Program-made: the position numbers and the translations under genes | Origin: the human T2T-CHM13v2.0 reference genome, Homo sapiens | Strand: one strand, 5' to 3' | DNA: 64,000 nucleotides | Assembly: GCF_009914755.1 (NCBI RefSeq) | Contig: NC_060932.1 | In this document: in pieces, positions 14,030-28,533 of the stretch | Numbering within the stretch: position 1 is the stretch's first letter | Layout of the letters: every line of letters begins with the position of its first letter | Notes under the pieces: model-generated | Databases searched by the model: none | What the model saw: the letters and a program-made list of their open reading frames with translations, nothing else | Told to the model about the DNA's origin: nothing

Positions 14030-14645
14030 AGTAAGTCCTCCCTGATTCTCAGGGGACACACTGCGGATAGTACCAAAACTGCAGATAGTACCAAACTCGA
14101 TTGCCATCAGCTGGAACACGTTTCTGTTCACATCTTCCGCAAACTTTATGCCTTTTCATCTTAACTAAGCACTCATCCACCACACACTATGGCTGTAACT
14201 CTTGTAGTCTGAGGAGCAACAGCAAAACTAACACTAATTTCTTTTTTCCTTGTTCACAATTTCATGCATAGAAGTTTTTTTCTCACCGTAGATCTCAGCA
14301 ACCTCAGTATATGATTTTTCCTCTTTACTTATTAAGTGGAGAACTTTTACCATTTCACTTAAAGAAAACACTTTTCTGCTTCTCTTTAGTGTATCAGAAT
14401 TGCCAGTATCACTACTCTTGTGCTTTGGGGCCAGTATGAAGTAAAATAATGGTGACTTGAACACGAGCACTGCGATACTGGAACAGCCAATCTGATAACT
14501 GAAATGGCTACTGAGTGACTGGTGGGTGGGGAGCCTCTACAGCATGGGTATGCTAGACAAAGGGAAGATTCCTGTTTTCAGGCCCAGGTTAACTGTGCGC
14601 AACGAAACCTTGGAAAGTGAAATCAGGGATAAGTGGGATAACTAA
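14030..14645 (-). mobile_element. MER44/Tigger7 non-autonomous DNA transposon
   Basis: ORF 14234..14470 gives the Tigger transposase N-terminus (APKHKSSD...RKVFSLSEMVKVL...SYTEVAEIYG). Homologous to 50782-51464. Confidence 0.8.
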
Positions 14646-14646
14646 G

Positions 14647-15150
14647 TATATTAGTTTTATGACTGCTCTAACAACTTATCACAAACTTGGTGGCTGGAAA
14701 GAACACAGACTTATTTGCTTACATTTATGGATGCCAGAAGTTCAAAATTAGCTTCAGTGGGCTAAAGTCAAGATGTTAGCAGGGCTGATTCCTTCTGGAG
14801 GCTCTGAATGAAACAAGAATCTGTTTCCTTGACTCTTCCAGCTGTTGGTGGCTGCTGGCATTTATTGGCAGTGGCCACATCGCTTCATTCTTCCATAATC
14901 ACATTACGGATGCCTCTGTAACCACATCGCCTTCTCCGCGTCTGTGTCAAATCTCCCTCAGTCTCCTTCTTCTAAGGATGCACGTGATTACATTTAGGGC
15001 CCACCTGGATAATCCAGGATAATCTCTCCATTTAAAAAATCCTTATCTTAATCACATCTTGGGAGTCCCTTTTGCCATATAAGGCAACATTCACAGATTC
15101 CAGGGATTAGGATCTGGATATCTTTGGGGGCTATAATTTAGCCTATCATA
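14647..15150 (-). mobile_element. MLT1C/D-type MaLR LTR
   Basis: tattagtttt...acaaacttggtggct...agaagttcaaaat...gataatccaggataatctc...ttaatcacatct. Confidence 0.75.
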
Positions 15151-16987
15151 GTGCCTAACATTGTTGCCCTTAAACAAAAGGATGCTGTCTTTGTTAAGAA
15201 ATGACAAAGAAACACCAGGCTCTGCTCAAAAGTTTGTCTACCCATCCTGCCAACAGCACTCACTTGTACCCACAGAAACCCTCCTACTCCTTTAACTCAC
15301 TCATCTTGTGTCATAAATTTCCAAGTTGTTTTGAGTTTTTTAGCAAAATATATTCCAGCATATAATAACCTTTAGGGGAATAATGAAAGTGTTCCCTTGA
15401 TTAGAAAAAATATAATAAAGCAAAATAAAATTAATAAATAGGCTTGTACTTGGGAGCCAGACTGATCTGGAAGTGAACTCTGACTTTATTATCTGTTATC
15501 TGTGATTCTTTGATAAGTTTCTTAACTACTCTTAAGCTCTTGTTTCCCCCTAATGGTGCTTCCAATCCACACGGTGGCTGTAAACGTTTAATGAGATATT
15601 CATTTAAAGCCCACAGCACAGTGCTTGCTATATATTATTAGCAAAACCAACTATGTTACTCCCATATTTCAGCAACTTTCTTTTCATTAGTAGTTATAAC
15701 TTTTAAGTGTGAGATACACAAGCTTATGAAATGCTTCTTCTGATCTTGAGAATTAAGAAGCAAGATTATTTAGCATTAACAAAATACTTGGAATTTTGCT
15801 ACATAGATCAGAGTTTGAATACTGTATTATATATTTTACTTTTTAATAAATATAGGCTAAAATACATGGAGTAAAAGTCATCTTTAAGAAGCATAGAGTT
15901 CTGTGAATCTTGACAACAGCAAAAAAAAAAAAACAGTTATGTCACCACCACAATTAAGGTAGAGAACATTTCCACGACCCCAAAATAGTTTCCTTGTGCC
16001 CTGCTTAGAGTCAATCTTCTCTCCCACAAATTCTGGCCCCTGGCAACTACAAATCTATTATTTGTATTTTATTTTGTTTAAAAAGAAAATTTAACTTTAG
16101 TCTTGTATACAAAGCAAGCTGCAGGATATCTGCAGAGGAAGAGATTACCTACTTTGGTTTTAAACGTTGTCTGTGACTTGGCAGCACTGTTCCTGTCCCC
16201 TACATATAAAACAAAAATTCTTAATGACGTCAAGGTCTAAAGTGAAAGGTGCACCTCACTGGGATTCACTGAAACTTTTTCAGGAGCCCTGGGAGGCCCT
16301 AAGCCAGAACCACAGCTGGGGCTGGAGCAGGCAGAGCAGGCACTGTTCCAGAACCCTCACAACACTGCATTTAAGTTATGTAGACGAGACACTGGTGAGG
16401 CTCTGATGATCCAGATGTTGGAGGAATCAGTGTAAGCAAGACTTTGAGATACAGAGAGAGGCAGTCATGGTGTGCCCCTTTTTACCTGCACTTCTTCCCA
16501 CTCTCCTTGAAGTTAGAACTTTTCTACCTCTGCATCACTGTCTATGTGATCTCATTTCACTACACTTGCGTTTCTTTAATATAAATGGAAGGTAATGGAG
16601 TTACCTTCCTCCTTCATGAAAAACGTGATTCACGTTATACAAATACTTCTTGAGAGAAAATTATTTTTTCTGTAAGAGATATTCATGTAGAACTATACAT
16701 GGTAAACACAGTAAATATGTTGTTGTGGGTCAAGAATAACACCTGACTGCCCATCTGTTACATAACCATGTACTTAAGGGCACTAATCTGTGAACTTCTG
16801 GGAAACAAAACTACATCATACATTTTTGTATTCAAAGACCTATAACCTATTGAAACTGCAGTGCAAAAAGAGTAACTCACTAACTTTTCATTTTTGCCTT
16901 ATCAACATTCCAATATGGGGCTCTATGCAGGGATTTTAGCGTTTGGTCTGTATTAATAAGGACACAGATCAGATTTTTCTTCTATTC

Positions 16988-17293
16988 TTTTTTTTTTCTT
17001 TTTTCTTCTTTTTTTTTTTTTTTTGAGATGGAGTCTCACTGCGTCTCCCAGGCTGGAGTGCAGGCTCACTGCAGCCTCAACCTCTCAAGCTCAAGAGATC
17101 CTCCCACCTTAGCCTCCCTAGTAGCGGGAACTACAGGTGTGTGCCACCACATTCAGCCAATTTTTAAATTATTTGTAGAGACGAGGTTTCCCTGTGTTGC
17201 CCAGGCTGGTCTTGAAGTCCTGGGCTCAAATGATTCTCTGACCTCAGCCTCCCAAAGTGCTGGGATTACAGGTGTGAGCCACTGTGCCTGGCC
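16988..17293 (-). mobile_element. Alu (AluJ-like)
   Basis: T-tract followed by reverse-complement Alu ending cctggcc. Confidence 0.92.
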
Positions 17294-19107
17294 CAGGAGT
17301 CTTTTTTTAAACTCCTTTGGAACTCCAAACTCACTTTCAGTATCATTCACTTTTCATTTCAAGGAAGTTCAACTGAGTGTTACAAAAAACAAGTTATTAA
17401 ACAAATTGTGTTGCAAAATATGTAAGGGTAAGGCTGGAATAAACCACTAGATGGCTTCTTGAAAAGACTATTTCTTTGGTTTGTTCAGCAATTTGTCATC
17501 AAAAAAGTGTCACTCCTGATGATTTTGCATCTATATTGACATATAGTTGTTATCCTTTCTTCAAAATTGGAAAGGAAAGTAGCTTCTTTGATCCCTTTGA
17601 ATATGACTACTGCATCCTTTAGTGCACACTAAGTTATAAGTCCAGTTTTATATTATAAAAGTATAGCTTTTTAGATTTATACAATGTATTCTTCACATTA
17701 AGCAAAGTTTTCACATCATGATTAAAAGAAAATACAGATTGAGCATATTATTCACTTCAAAAAAGGTTTACTAATGGGAGTTCCTTAAATAATAAGCTTC
17801 CATCTTACATTTCCAATATTATGTAGTTCACATACACTTGATTTACATATTCCTATTCAGGCATTTAACTCTCACATCGATTATACTTGAATACATTGAT
17901 TATACCTGATGTATGTAGACTTGAACATTTGGGGAAATATCAAAATGTTAGTGACACATACAATAAGGAAATAAGTAACCACTTTTATTTAGAGATAGAG
18001 AAAGAGAAAGAATAAAGTTATTCCATCAGACTCTAACTATGAAATATCTTTAAAATTCTTCTTTCATTCCTCCATCCCACATTTCCCCCCCTTTCCTTAA
18101 CATCTATTTATTCCTATCTACTTTTCCCTCTGGGAAAAGATTATGGTACATAGGGAATTTGCATAAATGACTTTTTAAAAATAAGGCATTTTTATTCTTA
18201 TAAACATTTGGATTTTCTTTGCAATGAGTCCTTCATGGGAACAAGAAAAAATATAAATTAGAAATGAAGTGAAGATGCATAATTACTAAAGGCAATAATT
18301 CTTCATTTATTGTAGTTCAAGTCAAGCAAGTTTTCAAGGGGCAAGAAACTTTCAGGGCCATAGCTTTGTGCTTAGAGCTAAATGGGCTTGGGCTTTAAGA
18401 GAAAAGAAAAAAGTTAAATGCACTATAAGTATTCTTCCAGATGGCAGAAATAATTCAGTGTTTTTAATAATATTCATATTTGTTTTAGATATTGTCTTAT
18501 CCCCAGTGCCAGAACCTGTCTTGCCCCTAATATTTGCAGTGCTCAGGGCAGGATTATGGATGGCAAACACTTGTCCCTTGTCTTCCTATCCCAGGCCCTG
18601 TCCTGCACCATGAGAGGCCTTATGCTCGTGCTTGTGGACACCGCAGCCTGCCTAGCCACAGTCCATCCAAGCTCCTCACTCCCCTGGGGCCTGGGATATT
18701 CATGCTAGCAGTTCCATCCAGCCCCAGGAAGATAGATCCCAGGAAGACACGAGGGAGGTCCTGCATGTAGACTTAGGCCACTTGGATGGGAAAATCTAGG
18801 ATTCTGGGTACCAAGAGTGTGGTCTAGAAGTGGAGCGAGAAAGAGCAGCACTCATTTCTCCATAACCCTGTGGATTCCTTGCCTCTTAGGGAAGCATGTG
18901 GTGCGGAGAGCCAGGGAGAGGTGCTCTCAAGCAGGGCTCTGGAGCTTGAAGTCAAGAGTAGTACTCATCAGAACAATGCCTGGCATGTGGGATTCCCCCC
19001 CATCATTGTTTATGGAATAGTCAGTTATTGAATTTGAATATGCTTGGCACTGGACTATAAAGCCCTTGCATATATGATTTTATCACTACAGGAACTCCAT
19101 GAGGTAG

Positions 19108-19555
<448 letters not shown>

Positions 19556-19558
19556 TAA

Positions 19559-19919
<361 letters not shown>

Positions 19920-20049
19920 TAGTTTCCTAAAGCAACTACTTGTTTCCTGCAGAATAAGCAAGGTTATTTATAGTGGAATAGCTAGATCTAATTCTAAAAG
20001 CAAACAGAAAAAAAGGGATATTATTTGTATTTTTGTTCTCTGATCTTTT

Positions 20050-21265
20050 AAACACAGCTTTATTGAGCTATAATTTACATACCACAAAGCTGACCCATTT
20101 AGGGTGTACAATGTAATGGTTTTTAGTACATTTACAGAGTTTTACAACATTCATTTGATCTAATTTTAGAACATTTTCATCATATCAAAAATAAACTTTG
20201 TATCCATTGGCAAAGACAGTATTATTATTCCCCTCAGGTTGACTAGCCTATAGACAAGTTCCTTCCTGATTATAGGTCCCTGACCTCCCTGTTCTTAGAG
20301 CATTTACTTTAGAAAACTTGTAATTGAAAATTATTTGCTCCTTTGAAATGAAGATAGATCCTCTTCCAGCTTCTTGCCAGTTTAATAACCCAAGTATCTC
20401 TTTCTCAAGGACCTAGAGCCATTCCTTCAAATGTAATCAAGTAAGCTGGTGCCCCTATCTCCTAGTCTCTGTGGAAGGGTAGGAGCCTAACTTCACTAAG
20501 TACAAATTAGCAAGCACAGTTGGCCTAATTACACTGACCAACCTCCCCTTCTATGTCCTCCAGGACTTTTCCACTAGCTCACCCAGCACTTCCAAACCTG
20601 CTGACCTTTTGTTTCAGCAGACTTGAGTTTGATCTCTCCCCTTATTTTAAGTCTTAGAAAAGTCTTCCTTGCCTGTTCAACTGTGTAGCACGATTTTCCT
20701 CTGACACCCACCTCCTTCCAAATTCCTTTCGCCTTCCTTAGCTCTGAGCAGCTACCGATCTACTTTTTGTCTCTGTAGATTTGCCTCTTCTGAACATTTC
20801 ATATAAATGGGATTATACAATTTGTGTTTTTCTGTAACTGGCTTTTTTCACGTAGAGTGTTTTTGAGGTTCATCGCACAGCATTTCTTTTTGTTGCCAAA
20901 TACTATTACATTGCATGAATATATTACATATTGTTTGTTCATTTATCAGGTGATGGCCATTTGCCTTGTTTCCACTTTTCGGCTCTGGTGAATAAGGCTG
21001 TCATGAACATTTATGCACAAGTTTTTGTGTGGATACGTTTTTATTTCTCTTGGGTATATACCTAGGAGTGGAATTTCTGGGTCATATGGTAACTGTACAT
21101 TTAACTTTTGAGACACTGCCAGACTGTGGTTTTACAGAGCAGCTGCACCGTTTTACATTCCTACCAGCAATGTATGAGGGTTCCAGTTTCTCCACATCCT
21201 CACCAATACTTGTTATTCCCTGTCTTTTTTATTACAGCCATCCCAGTAATTGTGAAGTGGTTGTT
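20050..21265 (-). mobile_element. L1MB-type 3' fragment, interrupted by an LTR
   Basis: cagctttattgag...tacaatgtaatggtttttagt left of the LTR; ttcatataaatgggattatac...tacctaggagtggaatt...ccagcaatgtatgagggttcc right of it. Confidence 0.75.
20215..20706 (+). mobile_element. MER39-like ERV1 LTR nested in L1
   Basis: cttagagcatttactttagaaaacttg...tttctcaaggacc...gggtaggagcctaacttc...ctctgaca. Confidence 0.7.
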
Positions 21266-21546
21266 TTTTAATATTTCTATATTTTTTGTAAAGCAAATAT
21301 GATTCCAAAATAAAACATAAATCCTTACTATGAGGCTATAACATTTAAAATAGAAAATTAAATCCCTCAATTATTCTATAAGTGAAAATACAATAAAGAA
21401 TTAGTTCAACTTCCAAGAGCTATACTGCTTCCAATCCCAATGATGGAGGTACTTATTGATGCTGCTTCTTCTGCTGTTTGTGTGAATAAGAACATCTATC
21501 ACATATTTGTTCTGGGGATTAGAAACAAAGTACATAAGGCATCTAG

Positions 21547-21962
<416 letters not shown>

Positions 21963-22102
21963 TTTGACTAATTACTCTAATGGCAACATGAGATAGAGAA
22001 ATGGAAATTAGGTTGTATGGTAAAATCTCAATAAAAAATGTCAATGTGCAAAGTACCACCAAAGGAAATAGGAACAGGATGCAGCTAAAACTCACAAAAT
22101 GA

Positions 22103-22692
22103 AAATCCCCCCATCGATAGCGGGGGATACCTGTCAAGACCCCCAGTGGATGCCTAAACCAAACCCTATACATACTATGCATATACTTTTTTCCTTCTTC
22201 ACAATTTCACACATACATTTGTTCTTATCATAGACCTTAGCAACCTCACCCTACAATTTTTTTTTCTTTCCTTATTAAGTGGAGAACTTCCAACGTTTAA
22301 CTTAAAGAACACATTTTCTGGCTTCTCTTTGGCATATCCAAATTGCCAACATCATTACTCTTGTGCTTTGGGGCCAGTATGAATAGTAAAATAAGAGTGA
22401 CATAAACTCAAGCACTGTGATACCACAACAATTGATCTGATAACCATGACCACTATTAAGTGACCAGGGGCATGCAATGTCCACAGTGTGGAGAAGCTGG
22501 ACAAAGGGAGGATTCACATCCTGCATGGAATGAAGCTGGATGGCATGAGATTTCATCACACTAGTCAGAATAGCATACAATTTAAACCTTATGAATTGAT
22601 TTCTGGAATTTTCCATTTAATATTTTCAGACCAAGGTTGACTGTGGGTAACTGAAACCACAGAAAGTGAAACCTCAGACAAGGTGGGGACTG
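22103..22692 (-). mobile_element. MER44/Tigger7 element
   Basis: Shares ttgtgctttggggcc, ggagaactt and atttctggaattttccatttaatattttcagacc (reverse) with the other two copies; TIR-like end gggactg. Confidence 0.8.
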
Positions 22693-23387
22693 TTTTACAA
22701 AATTTTTATTTAAGGTAACCCAGACTTTGGAAAACTAAATCTATAAGGAATTTCCAGGGTCACTTGAAATCAGAGCTCAGCAGTAATACAGAAATATCTT
22801 AAAAAGCTGCTCCCATTATAATGCAATTGAGAATATTCCATTGAATATTGTTTATATGTTGCTTTTTATCATAACTTCTGTTATTATTACGAGCTCAACA
22901 TATGTTGCTAAGCCCACAGGAAGTAGCCACGTCTTTTCTGTTCTAGGGCTCCATGGAAGTTCTTTATTTTGGCTTCTGTAAATAATAAAAAGGAGTGAGC
23001 CAAGACATCACTCTACCTTTGTTTAGTGAAGTTAGTTTTCATTGAGATACAGCCACAAGTTGCCCTATAACCAAGAAAACAGGACAGTGGCTATTATAAG
23101 AAACCTGCTCTTTCAGAAAGCTCTAGTAATACACAAAATGCTTAATACATGGTATAGGGGAGCTCTTTTAAAATACTGTTTTATTTTGGAAAGTGAATCT
23201 ATGATATTGACAATTAAAATTTGTTTTCAATCTCTATGCGTAAAGCTCCAGGAAAGGCTTCTGCATAATTTTTTTCTTGCTTTTTTAAAAATTTGATCTT
23301 TTCACTGGTAACCCTTAAGGGTAGGTGTGATCCCATTTTCCAGATGAGACAAGAAAATCAAGTGATTTATTCAGTTACAAAACTCTA

Positions 23388-23708
<321 letters not shown>

Positions 23709-24836
23709 TCAAATTTTGATGTGCCTGACTCCAAAGCCCATGCTTTTCCATCTCACTGTACTCTATTACTTCTCCTTAGTAAAGCTTCCAAGTCACTTTT
23801 TGGGGGATATTAAGCTTTTTGGGGTTTGAGCTTCCTTCCAACATATGGGAAAACCTGCCCTAATTGACACCTCAGTATCCTTACTGGAAAACACTCTAAG
23901 CAAATTCTCATTTCATTCTCAGTAAACCAGGTGTGTCCTACGTAGGAGAAGGCGACTTGGTCCTGTGATGTTCTAACACTAGTTTTCAAATTGTATTAAT
24001 CCTTAAAACCCTCTGTTCAAATGAAATCTTGCAGGAAAGTCCAACATATAAATAGAACTGCTGTTAGGAGAACACAAGGATGAGCAGTTTACTGAGAGAA
24101 CCCATCAACTGGAGCTACATTGACAGAGCACCTACATTGATTGAACTCATTGATTGAGCTCCATTGATATGTGCCTCCTCATCACTGTTCTGCTGCATTC
24201 ACATCATCTCATTTAATCCTCTACTCCACCGTTACTATTCCTGACTTAAGAGCCAGTAGACTGGTTAAGAAGGTTACTCCATGGGTAACTGAGAAGCCTA
24301 CCAGTTGCTTAAATACATACAGGTTTATTTTTTTCATGGAACTAGAAGTCCAGAGATAGCCAGGCCAAGGTTGATGCAACTGCTCAGTGAAATCAGGCTT
24401 TTTCTCTTCCTTTTCCATCACCCTTAAAATGAGGCTTTTCTTTTCATGGATACTGGGTATGCAAATTAGTAGTGTTTGCTACAACAAGATAACAACGTGA
24501 TCTGAAAAACATCCGGATCTAGGAGTTCTGTAAAGACCTCGCTTTAGTTCCCTGTCACTAAGGTAACTTCCTTGGGCCCCCTGAACTCTGCAGGATCCTT
24601 TCATCTGTGTCTGCTTGGTCTTGGAATTCTATTAACTTATCACAAGTGGGCTGTTATCCTTTCTTCTCCCCTGCTCTCTTATTGACCTTTGTTCTGGGTT
24701 GCAATTCACTTTCATGATCCCAGGAATAAGCACACATAAGAAATGGAAAATGATCTGTTTCTATTTCTCTTCAGAAACCACTATTATTTTAGAACTTTTC
24801 ATGTACGATAGCTTATTTAAATGTAAGATTCAGAGA

Positions 24837-25123
24837 TTTTTTTGAGACGGAGTCTTGCTCTGTCACCCAGGCTGGAGTGCAGTGGTGTGATCTCGGATCC
24901 TGCAACCTCCACCTCCCGGGTTCAAGCAATCCTCCCGCCTCAGCCTCCCAAGTAGCTGGGATTACAGGCATGCACCACCACACCCGGCTAATTTTTGTAT
25001 TTTTAATAGAGACAGGGTTTCACCATGTTGGCCAGGCTGGTCTTGAACTCCTGACCTCAGGTGATCTGCCCACCTGGCCTGTCAAAGTGCTGGGATTACA
25101 GGCATGAGCCACCGTACCTGGTC
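24837..25123 (-). mobile_element. Alu (AluS)
   Basis: Reverse-complement dimer. Confidence 0.93.
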
Positions 25124-25868
25124 AGATGTTTTAACATTTAAACAATGACAATAATAGCAAACAGTTACACAGCACCTACTATAAGCCAAGAGCTGCTATG
25201 TATATATTACAATGCTGTTCCCAGAGCATTATGTATATTAATTTGTTTGATCCTCCAGTAGCCCTATTATCCCCATTTTACAGATGAAGAATGGAAGTAC
25301 AGGTGATTGACTTCCTGAAAGGCACATGCCAGTAAGGAGTTGGACAGAAATTAGAATCCAAGCAATCTGACTCCAGACTTTTACGCACTATACTGTTGCC
25401 TCTAAGCAATTTTAAAATAAACATTTTATAGGTTACAACATGTTGAAATATTAATACAAGTTATTTTAAATGTAGAGAAATAACTGCTAATCTTTAAATT
25501 TTACCAACTGCCTAAATATGTTTATTTAAAATTGCATCAATGCTGTGATTTCTGACTGAATATGCTAAGGCAAATTGTTTTATCCTTGTATTTGTAATAA
25601 ACAGATATGAGATACACATACATGCCTGACATGACAGTGGAGCAGAGTTAATTTTATATCCTTTTAGCAAATACATTTCTAAGGCTGTAAAACTTTTTCT
25701 ACTTAAAATATTAATAATGGCAACTTAATGTTTCTTGCTATGTATTAGGTACTGTGCTGGGGTAAAGATGGAATGACTTACCTGCTATTCCTTTTATTTA
25801 GAGGTGAGTCTATTTCTTTTCCTACTGAATCTGGGTTGGCCAGTGATTTGACACGTAGAATGTGGCAG

Positions 25869-25965
25869 AAGTATTACGTTGGTGCAAAAGTAATTGCCAG
25901 TTTTGCCATTGAAAGTAATGGTAAAACTCGCAATTACTTTTGCACCGACCTAATAACATTCTAGG
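25869..25965 (-). ncRNA. MIR548A3: microRNA precursor mir-548a-3 (MADE1-derived)
   Basis: Near-perfect ~80-nt palindrome. Minus strand contains AAAAGTAATTGCGAGTTTTACC (25941-25920) and CAAAACTGGCAATTACTTTTGC (25905-25884), which I recognise as miR-548a-5p and -3p. Confidence 0.88.
25874..25953. mobile_element. MADE1 (Hsmar1 mariner MITE)
   Basis: 80 bp with TIRs TTAcGTTGGTGCAAAAGTAATTGC / GCAATTACTTTTGCACCgACCTAA. TA target duplication at 25872-25873 and 25954-25955. Confidence 0.93.
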
Positions 25966-27799
25966 ATGTCTGAGACTCTGTCATAAGAGCCTTGCAGCTT
26001 CTGTATACTGTAACATTCATTCTTGGGTCCAGCTTCCATGCTCTAAGGAAACATAAGCAACCTTGAGGAGACTCATATGAAGAGGATCCCAGGCTCCTGG
26101 CTGAGCACCCAGCTGACAGGCAGCACAAACCTGCCAGTCACTCAGGTGAGTTCTTTGGGGAGTATATTCTCCAACTCCAGCAGAGGCCAAGAGGAGCAGA
26201 ATGAGCCAATACCACTGAGCTCTGCCCACATTATTGATTTGTGAGAAAACTGAATGATTGTGGTTGCTTTAAGCACAAAGTTTGGGGGTAGTTTTTTATG
26301 CAGCAATAGATGGACAGAACAAGTGCTAAGGCCTTTACACGTTATCTTTATTCCTCACAATGATCTTATGAAGAAGCTATTATCCTTACCTCAAGATGAC
26401 AAAGCTGAGGCTCAGTGAGTTGGCATAATAATCCAGGTCTGTCAACTCCAGCTTGATAGATATTTCTCCTGATAAATCTTACTTCACTTTATGATCCATC
26501 TTATTCACAGCTGTTGAGTCAGGCACGACTAAGGTTAAATCTTAGTTCTGCCCTTATTGGCTATATGACCTTGGATAAATAGAAGGTAAGTTTGTTACTT
26601 CACAGGACTGTGAAGATTCCAAGGATACATATAAAGAAATTGGCAGGTGATAGGCACTCAACAATGGGCAAATATTATTGCTTTGAAAATTCCTATAATG
26701 CAGAAGCAGCTGGTGGTAAAAGGCTCGCAGAATAGCATTTGATGGTGTGAATACCATCACGGTGTGGGATGCACTCATTTAGGAGCAGGCACGTGCAAAA
26801 ATGTCAGAATGGCCTGACTTCTAATAGGAAAAAACCTCATGACATCACATGATGGTAAACCATGTATGCATACATGGCCTATGTTTACCTGTATGTATAA
26901 CATAATATGGGTATATAATTGATTTAAGTCTAGAAAATTCCCGACTAAACAGCTATGTCTGTTACTTCATTTTAAGATTCCTTCCAGCTCTAAAATTCTG
27001 TGAATTTTACTTAGCATCCTTTGTCTACCTTGAATGTTGATTACCTTAGGAAACAAATGCAATCACAGCCAGCTATCAGCTCATGCCAATAACTATATAC
27101 AATTTGCAATTTGTATGCTATTCCTGAAGAAGAGTTCAGGTATTCAGAGAAAAGGCCTTTCTCTCTACTGCCTGCTTCTACTAATTTTTAAACAGGGACC
27201 TTCCTGAGTAAAGCAGGTCCTATCAAGTTGCTGTCATCTTCTCCCCTGGAAATTTGGGGGAAAAGGTGTGAGGGAATGGTGGAGCAGGTGAAAGGAGGGC
27301 CGCTGTAAACTGCTGTGAACATTGCTGGGTCTGTTGTAGGTGCTCAATAAACACTTAGAGAATTCAATGAACTTGTTCTTCCTTTATCCCATTTAGCCTG
27401 TCTTACCCACTTATTTCCAGATGAACAGTGGATGACGGTGGTAAGCAGTAGTGAGAATTAAAACCTCAACAGCTTATTGAAAGACCCCTTCATCCTGTGC
27501 TTTTATATTCTTAGTGCTAGTGTATGACATGAGCCAGTAACAGGGCTTCTGGCCCATAGATCCCTTCTGATAACAGCTCCTTTTGTTTCCATTCTCTTCC
27601 CTACTAATATTGGTGCTCTGACTGACAAGACAAAGGACTGTATCCTGTTGAGAAGATCTAAAATCTGAGTAACTCCCACTAAAATCTGTATCCTGTAAAG
27701 AAATAACACACTTTCTAAAAGTGCTCTTGGGACATTTAAAAATTGAAAGACAATAACCGCCCCCCCAACACATATACTCTTAACATTCTGTTTTTGATG

Positions 27800-28502
27800 C
27801 CATAAAATGAAAAGAATCAGAAAACAAAACTAAGACTCACACCAAAAAATTATCATTATCTAGAAAAAAAAGCAAAGAAAAAAACTTCTTTTATACAACT
27901 TTTGGATTAAAGAAGGTATCAAAACTGAAACTTAAGAACATTTAGAAAATAACAGTAATGACATTAATGCAGCCAAATGATTCGCCTTAAGCAGTGCTCA
28001 CACTTAAGTCCATGTCTTCATCTCTTCTTAAGAATTAAGAAGTAAAAATAAATTACATGCTAACTCGAGTTAGAAAAAAACAAAATAAACCAAGGAAAGC
28101 AAAATGTGGAAAACTTATTAAAGTGGAAATCAACTAATTAGAAAGAACAAAATTACAGAATAGAGACATCCAAGTGGTTTGGGGAAAATAAAAAAATACA
28201 CAATTAAAAAAGTAGGTAAACTGTTAGCTACCTTTATCAAGAAAATAAGGGAGAAACTTTGGGAGGCCGAGGCAGGCGGATCACGAGGTTAGGAGATCGA
28301 GACCATCCTGGCTAATACGGTGAAACCCCGTCTCTACTAAAAATACAAAAAAATTAGCCGGGCCTGGTGGCGGGCGCCTGTAGTCCCAGCTACTTACGAC
28401 GTTGATGCAGGAGAATGGCATGAATCTGGAAGGCAGAGCTTGCAGTGAGCAGAGATCGTGCCACTGTACTCCAGCCTGGGCGACAGAGCGACACTCCGTC
28501 TC

Positions 28503-28533
<31 letters not shown>

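Larger units (their letters stand above)
25750..26322 (+). mobile_element. MLT1-type MaLR LTR interrupted by MADE1
   Basis: Typical MLT1 motifs agaatgtggcagaagt and ccttgcagcttctg; 3' end ttgctttaagcac...gtttggggg...tatgcagcaatagat. Confidence 0.65.

Noticed and set aside
14234-14470. 78-aa ORF resembling a CENP-B/Tigger helix-turn-helix
   Set aside because: N-terminal remnant inside a non-autonomous MER44; no catalytic domain follows.
24110-24170. Repeated CATTGA units with variable spacing, superficially array-like
   Set aside because: Units are too short and irregular; degenerate slippage repeat. CRISPR is not applicable to human DNA.
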